A DNA stretch of 64,000 bases, taken from the NCBI GenBank assembly GCA_036787045.1, contig DAIQQA010000002.1, forward strand, positions 21,277-85,276, in the 5' to 3' direction. How positions within the stretch are numbered: the stretch's first letter is position 1; the number at the start of each line of letters is the position of its first letter. The DNA is from Burkholderiales bacterium (lineage in GTDB: Bacteria; Pseudomonadota; Gammaproteobacteria; Burkholderiales; SHXO01). Shown here piece by piece: positions 55,548-63,158 of the stretch. A model generated the notes under the pieces. The model ran no database searches. It saw nothing but the letters and a program-made list of their open reading frames with translations, and was not told where the DNA came from. Both the position numbers and the translations under genes were made by a program.

Positions 55548-55617
55548 TCGCTTGGCGATGACCTTAACCTTCGCCGCAATCAGCCAAAGGCTGATTGTCC
55601 CGCCCTCTCCGCCATCG
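55531..55617 (+). repeat. 19/20-nt direct duplication of the tRNA-Ser 3' end (att-like)
   Basis: TCCCGCTCTCTCCGCCATCG (55531-55550, the tRNA 3' end) and TCCCGCCCTCTCCGCCATCG (55598-55617). The 47 nt between them carry two small hairpins: CATCGCTTGGCGATG (55546-55560, its first five nt lying within copy 1) and AATCAGCCAAAGGCTGATT. Confidence 0.8.
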
Positions 55618-55668
55618 ATGCGCGGCGTGAACCGTTGGGGTCTCTGAAGGGATCAGGAACAGTGCCGC

Positions 55669-55701
55669 GAAAGCAAAGAGGGCGTCCGACGGGACGCCCT
55701 C
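55669..55701 (-). terminator. rho-independent terminator of hupB
   Basis: Minus-strand RNA GAGGGCGUCC-CGUC-GGACGCCCUC followed by UUUGCUUUC, 26 nt after the hupB stop. Confidence 0.75.
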
Positions 55702-55726
55702 CCTTTGCCATGTCTGGTTGTCGTGG

Positions 55727-56005
55727 TCAGCGCTTGTTCACCGCTTTCTTGAGCTTGGCGCCGGCGGAGAACTTGGCGACCTTCGATGCGGGGATCTTGA
55801 TCTCAGCACCGGTCGCGGGGTTGCGGCCTTTGCGGGCAGCCCTCTTCGACACCGAAAAGGTACCGAACCCGATCAGCGCGACCGAATCGCCCTTGCCGAG
55901 AGCAAGGGTGACGGTGTCCATGAGTGCATCCAGCGTTCCCTCCACGGCAGCTTTGGTGCCACCGGTCTTCTTCGCGATTGCTTCCACCAGCTCTGCTTTG
56001 TTCAT
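55727..56005 (-). CDS. hupB: HU family DNA-binding protein
   Basis: 92 aa. MNKAELVEAIAKKTG...GFGTFSVSKRAARKGRNPATGAEIKIPASKVAKFSAG, the canonical HU/IHF fold signature. AAAGGAG RBS. Confidence 0.93.
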   Translation of the reverse strand: MNKAELVEAIAKKTGGTKAAVEGTLDALMDTVTLALGKGDSVALIGFGTFSVSKRAARKGRNPATGAEIKIPASKVAKFSAGAKLKKAVNKR

Positions 56006-56321
56006 CTAGTCTCCTTTCAATCTGAAAGACACACCCATGTGCCGATGCTGAGGCGTCTCTGCGGGCCGGCCCTCGCGCGTGTAGAGGCCGCACCTCGAAG
56101 ACGCGGCGCGCGTTCCCGCGCGCCACACATGCACAGTCGATTCAGCTCGGCGGCTCAAACCCTGGTTCGCAGAAGCGTCGCATTGTAGCAAGCCGCAACT
56201 GCACCGGGCGAGAAAAACACGCAAGAGGATGTGCAGGCGATTGAATGCGCTGAAACCCGATGTGATTCTGCGGTGGGCATCGCCGCGAAGGTGACGTCGT
56301 CGGACGACAGCAGCGCGCGCG

Positions 56322-57212
56322 CTACTCCCGTGGACCGTCCGATGGAGCCGTGCGAATCTGCACTTCGTTCTGGATCTCGACGATCATCAGGTCGCGTCCG
56401 ACCTGCAGAGGACCTCTGTAGTACCGCTGGGTCCTGCGCACGAGCTCTTCTTCGGTGACGCCGAACAGCCGCAGATGCGAGTACACGGCGAGATAAGGTC
56501 GCGCGGCGCGGAATATCCTCCCGGCCTCCTCAGGGGAGGCATGACGCGCCGACGCTTCTCCCGAACGAGCATCGCTTGGCGCACGCTGGGCATCGCCCGC
56601 GGTGGCCTCGTTCAACAGTACCTGGACGCCAAGTGCGCTGTGCGCGACGTTTTCCGTGTAGCGCGAGCCAGCGAGCAGTGCGACTGCACGACGGTTGCGG
56701 TCGATACGATAGCCATAGGCATGCGGCTGCGTCGGGTCGTCGGCGACAATCGCCGTCACCCTGACATCAGCGGTCTCGTAGACGATGTTCTCGTTGATCT
56801 CGTAGGGATAGATTCCGTCGGGGCCGTCGGTGTTCGTTGCCCCGGCCCATTCTCGCACCGCCTGGATGGTTCCGGCTGGCCCCCACACCATGAGCGGCTG
56901 TTCCGTTCCCGTCTCGCGGCGTGCACCCAGCAACTCGCCGCAGCCGGCGACGTGCGTGACCTCGAGGCTGGTGAGGAAGATGGCGGTCAGTTCGCGCAGG
57001 AGGACGCGGGCGCGTTGCAGCTGCTCTAGCGTGCCGGCCCCGCAATCGAACAGCAGCACTTCGTCGCTGGCCTCGACCAGCGTACTGGGTCCGCCGGACC
57101 CGTCCGGCACGGACCGACCGAGCAGAGTGAGGCGGATGCCGTCGAAGGCCGCGACCGGCCCTGTCAACGTCAGCAGAAGTGATACGGCCAGCGCGGCCCA
57201 GATGCGGGTCAT
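56322..57212 (-). CDS. secreted MBL-fold (RNase Z/beta-lactamase-like) protein with degenerate HxHxDH motif
   Basis: Start reset to ATG 57212 (GAGGAG RBS). Signal peptide MTRIWAALAVSLLLTLTGPVAA. LLFDCGAGT and the C-terminal HASPEEAG...LAVYSHL match MBL-fold motifs, but the HxHxDH position reads SLEVTH. Confidence 0.6.
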   Translation of the reverse strand: MTRIWAALAVSLLLTLTGPVAAFDGIRLTLLGRSVPDGSGGPSTLVEASDEVLLFDCGAGTLEQLQRARVLLRELTAIFLTSLEVTHVAGCGELLGARRETGTEQPLMVWGPAGTIQAVREWAGATNTDGPDGIYPYEINENIVYETADVRVTAIVADDPTQPHAYGYRIDRNRRAVALLAGSRYTENVAHSALGVQVLLNEATAGDAQRAPSDARSGEASARHASPEEAGRIFRAARPYLAVYSHLRLFGVTEEELVRRTQRYYRGPLQVGRDLMIVEIQNEVQIRTAPSDGPRE

Positions 57213-57249
57213 GGTCTCCTCGGTCCATCTGGACGAATAGTAACAGGCA

Positions 57250-57293
57250 CATCCTCGCACCGCCGAGTTTGGGGCCATCTGGTGTCGAGGATG
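57250..57293. promoter_or_regulatory. 12/13-nt inverted repeat in the divergent MBL-like/cupin intergenic region
   Basis: CATCCTCGCACC (57250-57261) ... GGTGTCGAGGATG (57281-57293), complementary except for a one-nt indel. Lies 38-81 nt upstream of the MBL-like ATG. Operator or leader hairpin candidate. Confidence 0.3.
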
Positions 57294-57438
57294 CGTACTA
57301 CGTCGCGCGTCACCCGGCGGCCGCACCGGGACGCGGCCGCACGGCGTTCTGGCCCTTCGTGCTAACATTGCGGCCCATAACGACAATCAGACGGATGTGC
57401 CAAGGGAGCAGCAACCCAAACGTATAGGATCAAGCTCG

Positions 57439-57933
57439 ATGCAGACAATGCACAAAGCCCTTGTTTCCTTGCTCGGCTCAGCCCTGGCGCTCGGCGTGTG
57501 CGCCATCCCAGTCGCTTTCGCGCAGGAGACAGGCTCCGGGATGACCATCATCGTCCCGGGCGACAAGCAGTGGCAGAAGAGCAAGGACATGCCGTACGGC
57601 ATGCGAATGATGTATCTCCATGGCGACCCTTCGCAACCGGGACCGTACGTGCTTCGTATCCGGGTGCCTACCGGCTACAAGATTCCGCCAGTGAAGTACC
57701 CCGACGATCGTGTCACCACCGTGCTCAAGGGCAAGATGTGGAACGCGGAGGGGGAGCGCTACGACCCGATGAAGATGCAGGAATGGGAGGCGGGAACAAT
57801 GTTCGTCACTCCCGCCAACACACCGCACTACCAGTGGGCTCGCACGGAGTTGATTCTGCAAGTGGTAGGATTCGGACCGATCGACAACCCCGTGACGTAC
57901 ATCAACCCCGACGACGATCCTCGCACGCAGTAA
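57439..57933 (+). CDS. secreted cupin-domain protein, paralog 1 (His cluster lost)
   Basis: ATG 57439 gives MQTMHKALVSLLGSALALGVCAIPVAFAQE (signal peptide); the track ORF starts at GTG 57397. Paralogous to the next gene (LHGDPSQPGPYVLRIRVPTGYKIPP vs LHGSPDKPGPYIFRVKFPAGYKLPP) but reads VKYPDD where the paralog has HHHQD. Confidence 0.6.
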   Translation: MQTMHKALVSLLGSALALGVCAIPVAFAQETGSGMTIIVPGDKQWQKSKDMPYGMRMMYLHGDPSQPGPYVLRIRVPTGYKIPPVKYPDDRVTTVLKGKMWNAEGERYDPMKMQEWEAGTMFVTPANTPHYQWARTELILQVVGFGPIDNPVTYINPDDDPRTQ

Positions 57934-58001
57934 GTAGGCATCACCCGATCCGAGGGGCGGCGCACAGCGCCGCCCTTCGCGTTCTCGAACAGGAGGCCTG
58001 A

Positions 58002-58496
58002 GTGACCAAGATGACCAAACGATCGGTGCCGGCGGCCGTGCTCGGTCTCGCCCTGCTGGGCGCGGGCGTGCCGACCGTTGCCGAGCAGACGCTGTTGATG
58101 AAGGGACACGACACAGTCGCGGCGCCGGAGCTTCAGTGGGTAGAAGCGGAATCGATTCCGCCCGGCGCACGGATGATCATGCTGCACGGGAGCCCCGACA
58201 AGCCGGGGCCTTACATCTTCCGGGTCAAGTTCCCGGCCGGCTACAAGCTGCCCCCCCATCATCACCAGGACGCCCGCTCGGTGACGGTGCTCACCGGCAG
58301 CTACTGGTCCGCAGTGGGAGATAGCTACGATCAGTCCAAGTTGAAGAAGTTCGGTCCGCGCGACTACTACACGACCGACGCAGGCGTGAGCCACTTCGCC
58401 TGGGCCGAGACCGAGGTCATCATCCAGGAGATGGGGATGGGGCCGGTGTCCTCGCCCGTCGAGTACGGCAACCCGGCGGACGACCCGCGCAAGTAG
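58002..58496 (+). CDS. secreted cupin-domain protein, paralog 2 (PPHHHQD metal motif retained)
   Basis: GTG 58002 lies 5 nt after AGGAGG. Signal peptide ...AAVLGLALLGAGVPTVAEQ. Cupin motif 1-like PPHHHQDARSVTVLTG and motif 2-like AGVSHFAW. Confidence 0.65.
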   Translation: MTKMTKRSVPAAVLGLALLGAGVPTVAEQTLLMKGHDTVAAPELQWVEAESIPPGARMIMLHGSPDKPGPYIFRVKFPAGYKLPPHHHQDARSVTVLTGSYWSAVGDSYDQSKLKKFGPRDYYTTDAGVSHFAWAETEVIIQEMGMGPVSSPVEYGNPADDPRK

Positions 58497-58510
58497 GAAC
58501 CAACCTACAC

Positions 58511-58673
58511 CTCGACGCAAAAGCGTAAAGGACGCGAAGGAAAGCAAGAGAGTCTGGCAGGACGGCGGCTTGTCGTGCCAGCATGGCTGGATCCTCTGTT
58601 GCTCTTATCGCGACGGTATGGTTGGGCCACTCTATCCAGTTTTTCTTTGCGTCCTTTGCGCCTTTGCGTTGAG
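58511..58673. repeat. composite hairpin element C (CGCAAAGG-type arms)
   Basis: Left arm CTCGACGCAAAAGCGTAAAGGACGCGAAGGAAA. Reverse complement of the right arm: CTCAACGCAAAGGCGCAAAGGACGCAAAGAAAA (about 28/33 identical). About 90-nt core, between the convergent cupin-2 and prpE. Confidence 0.8.
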
Positions 58674-58691
58674 ATTTCGACCTTGACCTGA

Positions 58692-60599
58692 TTAGTCGCG
58701 CGACGCCGCAACAGCAGAGCGGATCTGCTCCAGCGCGGCCGGATCCTCCAGAGTCGTCAGGTCCCCCGGGTCGCGCCCCTCGGCCAGTGCCTGGATGCTG
58801 CGCCGGAGCAGCTTGCCCGAGCGCGTCTTCGGCAGCAGGTTGACGAAGTGCACCCGGGAAGGCCGCGCGATGGCGCCCAGCTGCTGGTCGACGGTGGCCA
58901 TGACTTCCTTCTCATGCAACGCCGCCAGCTGCGGCGTAGCGATCTTCGAGAGATCCTTCACCACGGCGAAAGCCAGCGGCATCTGCCCCTTGAGCTGGTC
59001 ACTGACGCCCACTACTGCAACCTCGGCGATGTTGGGATGCGCCTGCATGGCCTCCTCGATCTCACGTGTGCCGAGACGGTGACCCGCGACGTTGATGACG
59101 TCGTCGGTGCGCCCCAGGATGAAGTAGTAGCCGTCCCTGTCGCGGATCCCCCAGTCGAAGGTCGAGTATACCTGCCGGGTGCTGAACGTCTTGAAATAGG
59201 TGTTCACGAAGCGCTCATCGTCGCCCCATACCGTGCTCATGCAACCGGGCGGCAGGGGCGGCGCGATAGCGACCACTCCTTTCTCCTCGTCGGCCGCAGG
59301 GCTGGCGTCGGTCTCTCTCAGCAGCTGCAGGTCGTACCCGAAAGCCGGAAACGACGGGCTCCCGAACTTGATTGCCGTGTTCTCGATTCCAGGCACGGCA
59401 GTCAGAATCGGCCACCCGCTTTCGGTCTGCCAGTAGTGGTCCACTACCGGCTTGCCCAGCGCGTCCATGATCCAGCGATGGGTTGGCTCGTCGAGCGGCT
59501 CGCCCGCCAGGAACAGATGCTTCAGCGATGACAGGTCGTACTTCTTCAGATAGGCAGGATCCTGCTTCTTCAGCACCCGGATGGCAGTCGGCGCGGAGAA
59601 CATCACTCGCACTTGGTTGTCCTGCACGATTTTCCACCAGATGCCCGGGTCGGGGCGGATCGGTACGCCCTCGTACATGACCGTGGTCATCCCGGCGATA
59701 AGCGGGCCATAGATGATGTACGAGTGGCCCACCACCCAGCCGATGTCCGACGTGGTGAACATAGCTTCGCCGGCGTCGCCGCAGTAGATGTGCTTCATCG
59801 AGGCGGCGAGCGCCGTCGCGTATCCGCCCACGTCGCGCTGCACCCCTTTCGGCTTGCCGGTCGTGCCCGACGTATACAGTATGTACGAGGGCTCGTTGGA
59901 CTCGAGCCACGCGACCGGCACATCGGCATCCAGGTACTGGCTGCGCAGCGAGGCATAGTCCACGTCACGGCCCGCAGTCATCGGCATGTTTCTGTCGATG
60001 CCCCGGTTGATCAGTACCACCTTTTCTGGCGGAGACTTCGCCAGGCGGATGGCTTCGTCGAGCAGGTGCTTGTAAGGGACCGCTTTGCCGGCACGCATAC
60101 CGGCATCGGACGAGATGATCAGCTTCGGCCGCGCGTCGTCGATGCGTGTCGCGAGGCTGTGCGAGGCGAACCCGCCGAACACCACCGAGTGGATGGCGCC
60201 GATGCGGGCACAGGCAAGTATCGCGAAGCAGGCCTCCGCGATCATCGGCATGTAGATAATTACCCGATCGCCTTTGCCCACACCGAGGCCGAGCATGGCC
60301 GCTGCGAAACGCCGCACTTCGTCGTGCAGCTCGCGAAAGCTGTAAGACTTCTCCTCACCGGTCTCAGTCGAGATATAGACCAGCGCTTTCTGCTCGCCAC
60401 GCGTCGCCAGATGTCGATCCACGGCGTTGTAGCACAGGTTGGTCTGTCCGCCCAGGAACCACTTCGCGAATGGTGGCCGGCTGAAGTCGAGCACGCGCTC
60501 GAACGGCTTGTGCCAGTGCACCAGTTGCGCCTGCTCGGCCCAGAAGCCCTCGCGGTCTTCGATCGATCGTCGGTGGAACGCCTTGTATTCGCCTGCCAT
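58692..60599 (-). CDS. prpE: propionate--CoA ligase / short-chain acyl-CoA synthetase
   Basis: 635 aa. Acs-like N-terminus (FWAEQAQLVHWHKPF), [32 protein letters not shown]. The shorter N-terminus and overall pattern resemble PrpE rather than Acs. Confidence 0.8.
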   Translation of the reverse strand: MAGEYKAFHRRSIEDREGFWAEQAQLVHWHKPFERVLDFSRPPFAKWFLGGQTNLCYNAVDRHLATRGEQKALVYISTETGEEKSYSFRELHDEVRRFAAAMLGLGVGKGDRVIIYMPMIAEACFAILACARIGAIHSVVFGGFASHSLATRIDDARPKLIISSDAGMRAGKAVPYKHLLDEAIRLAKSPPEKVVLINRGIDRNMPMTAGRDVDYASLRSQYLDADVPVAWLESNEPSYILYTSGTTGKPKGVQRDVGGYATALAASMKHIYCGDAGEAMFTTSDIGWVVGHSYIIYGPLIAGMTTVMYEGVPIRPDPGIWWKIVQDNQVRVMFSAPTAIRVLKKQDPAYLKKYDLSSLKHLFLAGEPLDEPTHRWIMDALGKPVVDHYWQTESGWPILTAVPGIENTAIKFGSPSFPAFGYDLQLLRETDASPAADEEKGVVAIAPPLPPGCMSTVWGDDERFVNTYFKTFSTRQVYSTFDWGIRDRDGYYFILGRTDDVINVAGHRLGTREIEEAMQAHPNIAEVAVVGVSDQLKGQMPLAFAVVKDLSKIATPQLAALHEKEVMATVDQQLGAIARPSRVHFVNLLPKTRSGKLLRRSIQALAEGRDPGDLTTLEDPAALEQIRSAVAASRD

Positions 60600-60613
60600 G
60601 CTCTTCTCCCTAG

Positions 60614-60815
60614 ACCGCTCACTACTACCCCTAACCTCTTACCACGAAGACACGAAGGCACGAAGACAAGACCAAGAAGAGCACCAACCGAGCGTCATCA
60701 CTCGATCCGGCGATGCGGTGACCCAATCCCACCGCTTCCCTCGAACTTCTCGCGCTTTGCTCAGCCTGCAGGTCGTCCTTTCTTGCTTTCTTCGTATCTT
60801 CGTGGTGAGCGGTAG
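60614..60815. repeat. composite hairpin element D (CACGAAGR-type arms)
   Basis: Left arm ACCGCTCAC[18-nt insert]ACCACGAAGACACGAAGGCACGAAGACAAGACCAAGAAG. Reverse complement of the right arm: CTACCGCTCACCACGAAGATACGAAGAAAGCAAGAAAGG. About 95-nt core, between the acuI stop and the prpE start. Confidence 0.8.
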
Positions 60816-60832
60816 TAACTTCAGCGCGCAGC

Positions 60833-61825
60833 TCAACCACCAACCTTGACCACAGCGCGCCCCCGGAATTGCGCCTTGAGGATCTTATCGAACACTGGCT
60901 TCATGCCATCCAGTTCCACCGTTGTTACCATGGACTGAAGGTGGCGGGGCTTCAGGTCGGTTGCCAGCCGCTCCCAGACGCTCCGCCGCACCGGCATCTG
61001 CGTGTTCACGGAATCCACACCGAGCAGGCTGACGCCACGCAAGATGAACGGCATGACCGTGGTGTTGAAAGTATGGCTGGCCGCGAGCCCGATGCTCGCC
61101 AGCGTTCCGCCCACGTTCATCGTGCTGGCAAGCCAGGACAGCACCTCGCCGCCGAGATTGTCCACCGCACCCGCCCACGCTGCCTTGTCCAGTGGCTTGA
61201 TCTTCGTCAGATCGAGCGCGCTGCGCAGCATCACCTCCTTGGCGCCCAGGCCTTTCAGATAGTCGCTCTCGGCTTCCTTTCCAGTCAGCGCGACCACGTG
61301 GTAGCCGGCCCCGGCGAGGATATCTACTGCGATGCTGCCCACGCCGCCGGTCGCGCCGGTGACTATAACCGGTCCGTTGTCAGCCTTGAGGCCTTCGTGC
61401 TCCATGCGCACGACCGCCAGACCCGCTGTGTAACCGGCGGTACCGAGCGCCATGGAATCGAACAGCGACATGCCCTTGGGCAGCGGCACAACCCAACCAG
61501 CCGGCAGACGCATGTATTGGGCGTAGCCGCCGTCGTGGGCAACGCCGATGTCGTAGGATGTGGCGATGACCTCATCGCCTTCCCGGAACCGGGGGTCGGT
61601 CGAGGAGACCACGGTACCGCAACCGTCGATGCCACCCACACAGGGGAAGCGCCGGATGATCTTGCCGGTGCCCGTCGCCGCCAGCGCGTCCTTGAAGTTG
61701 ATGCTCGAGAACGCGGTCTTGATGACCACCTCGCCGGGATCCAGCTCATCGAGAGTCATCTCCACCAGCCGGGAGACGACCTTGCCCTCTTCGCTGAAGA
61801 TCCGGAATGCCTTGAACTTCGCCAT
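60833..61825 (-). CDS. acuI: YhdH/AcuI-type NADPH:acrylyl-CoA reductase (MDR family)
   Basis: Start reset to ATG 61825 (MAKFKAFRIFSEEGKVVSRLVEMTLDELDPGEVVIKTAFSSINFKDALA, as in the YhdH/AcuI subfamily). GATGGVGS cofactor motif. Confidence 0.8.
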   Translation of the reverse strand: MAKFKAFRIFSEEGKVVSRLVEMTLDELDPGEVVIKTAFSSINFKDALAATGTGKIIRRFPCVGGIDGCGTVVSSTDPRFREGDEVIATSYDIGVAHDGGYAQYMRLPAGWVVPLPKGMSLFDSMALGTAGYTAGLAVVRMEHEGLKADNGPVIVTGATGGVGSIAVDILAGAGYHVVALTGKEAESDYLKGLGAKEVMLRSALDLTKIKPLDKAAWAGAVDNLGGEVLSWLASTMNVGGTLASIGLAASHTFNTTVMPFILRGVSLLGVDSVNTQMPVRRSVWERLATDLKPRHLQSMVTTVELDGMKPVFDKILKAQFRGRAVVKVGG

Positions 61826-61878
61826 ATCTGGTCTCCTGTTTTGCTTGCCTGCGCCGCTCCCGCCCCGACAGATCCGAG

Positions 61879-62958
61879 TCACGCAAGATGCGGCTTGCTC
61901 AGGTACTGCGCGGTCTGCATTTCGATCAGGCGGCTGCGCGTGCGCTCCAGCTCCGAGGCGGCTGGCATACCGGCGTGCAACTCGTAAGCCGGCACCTCAG
62001 CGGCCACGATCAGCTTGACGTTGCGGTCGTAAAATTCGTCGACCAGCCAGGTGAAGCGTCGCATGCTCTCGGCCATTCCCGGGCCGAAGTGCCGCAAGCC
62101 CCATAGCAAGACCGTATGGTACCGCCGGGCGAGCTCGATGTAATCGGCAGTCCCGCGCGGACCCTCACAAAGCTCGCGAAAGTCGAACCACGCGGTGCCC
62201 GGCGCGAGACGCAGCGCCCGGATCGTGCGCCCTTCGATTTCCACCGAGGCTGCGTCCTCGCCATGCTCGCCCGCCACCCCCTCGAAGGCTTGCTCCAGGT
62301 GGCGGCGCGCGGCCGTGTCTAGCGGCCAGTGGTACACGCCCGCGCGCTCCAGAGTACGCAGCCGGTAGTCCTGTTCCCCATTCAGCTCGACCACCTCGGT
62401 GTGCTGCTTCAGCAGCGCGATCGCCGGTTCGAACTGCGCGCGTTGCAGGCCATGTTCGTACAGCTGGTCGGGGTGCTGGTTGGACGTCGTCACCAGAGCG
62501 ATACCCCGTACGAACAGCCCTTCCAGTAGGCCGCGCATGAGCATAGCGTCGCCGATGTCGGTGACATGCAACTCGTCCAGGCACAGCAGGCGGGTGTCGT
62601 TCGCAACATGCTCGGCGATGATCGCGAGCGGTTCGGCCTGGCCTTGTAGCTGCTTGAGCCGATGATGGATGCCCTGCATGAAACGATGGAAGTGCAGGCG
62701 GCGCTTGGCTTGCACCGGCGCGAGCTTGAAGAACTCGTCCATCAGAAAGCTCTTGCCGCGCCCTACCGGGCCCCACAGGTAGATCCCGCGCACCGGCCGG
62801 CGCCGACCCAGCAGGCGGTCGAGCACACCGCCGTTGTCACCCAGTTCTGCCGCGAGGCGCTCGAAGCTCTCCGCCACCCGCTCCTGAGCGGGATCCAGCT
62901 CGAAGCCGTGGTGCGCGGCTGCGTGCCTGAGCTGGCTACGGAAATCGGCACTCCCCAC
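61879..62958 (-). CDS. zapE: cell division protein ZapE (AFG1-like ATPase)
   Basis: 359 aa. Walker A GPVGRGKSFLMD, Walker B LLCLDELHVTD. GTG start. Downstream of lpdA, as commonly seen. Confidence 0.85.
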   Translation of the reverse strand: MGSADFRSQLRHAAAHHGFELDPAQERVAESFERLAAELGDNGGVLDRLLGRRRPVRGIYLWGPVGRGKSFLMDEFFKLAPVQAKRRLHFHRFMQGIHHRLKQLQGQAEPLAIIAEHVANDTRLLCLDELHVTDIGDAMLMRGLLEGLFVRGIALVTTSNQHPDQLYEHGLQRAQFEPAIALLKQHTEVVELNGEQDYRLRTLERAGVYHWPLDTAARRHLEQAFEGVAGEHGEDAASVEIEGRTIRALRLAPGTAWFDFRELCEGPRGTADYIELARRYHTVLLWGLRHFGPGMAESMRRFTWLVDEFYDRNVKLIVAAEVPAYELHAGMPAASELERTRSRLIEMQTAQYLSKPHLA

Positions 62959-62971
62959 CTACTGCAACCCT

Positions 62972-63151
62972 AACCGCAGAGGCGCAGAGGCGCGGAGGAA
63001 CGCAGAGGAAGAACCTTCGCGTGAGTGAGAGAGCACCGCCATCCGTTGAAGGCGGATTCTTGCCGATGCGCGCTTGCTGGTTGCCGAAAACGCCAGACGG
63101 AGAATCGGTGAATCCCTCCGCGCAACTCCGCGCCTCTGCGCCTCTGCGGTT
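62972..63151. repeat. composite hairpin element B (CGCAGAGG-type arms, same subfamily as A)
   Basis: Left arm AACCGCAGAGGCGCAGAGGCGCGGAGGAACGCAGAGGAAGAACC. Right arm CCCTCCGCGCAACTCCGCGCCTCTGCGCCTCTGCGGTT. About 98-nt core. Flanked on both sides by CCCT. Confidence 0.8.
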
Positions 63152-63158
63152 CCCTGCA

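Noticed and set aside
55455-56321. Integrated prophage or genomic island at tRNA-Ser
   Set aside because: The duplicated tRNA 3' end encloses only about 50 nt. There is no integrase, excisionase or phage gene, and the next gene is housekeeping hupB. I kept it only as an att-like scar.
60631-60843. Small ORFs translating the repeat elements (60631-60843, 60639-60836, 58505-58711, 62959-63159, 62936-63232, 23665-23928, 51316-51663)
   Set aside because: Their peptides (e.g. HHEDTKKARK, RRGAEARS, QRRKGRKEK) are simply translations of the purine-rich tandem words on either strand. There is no RBS and no conservation logic.
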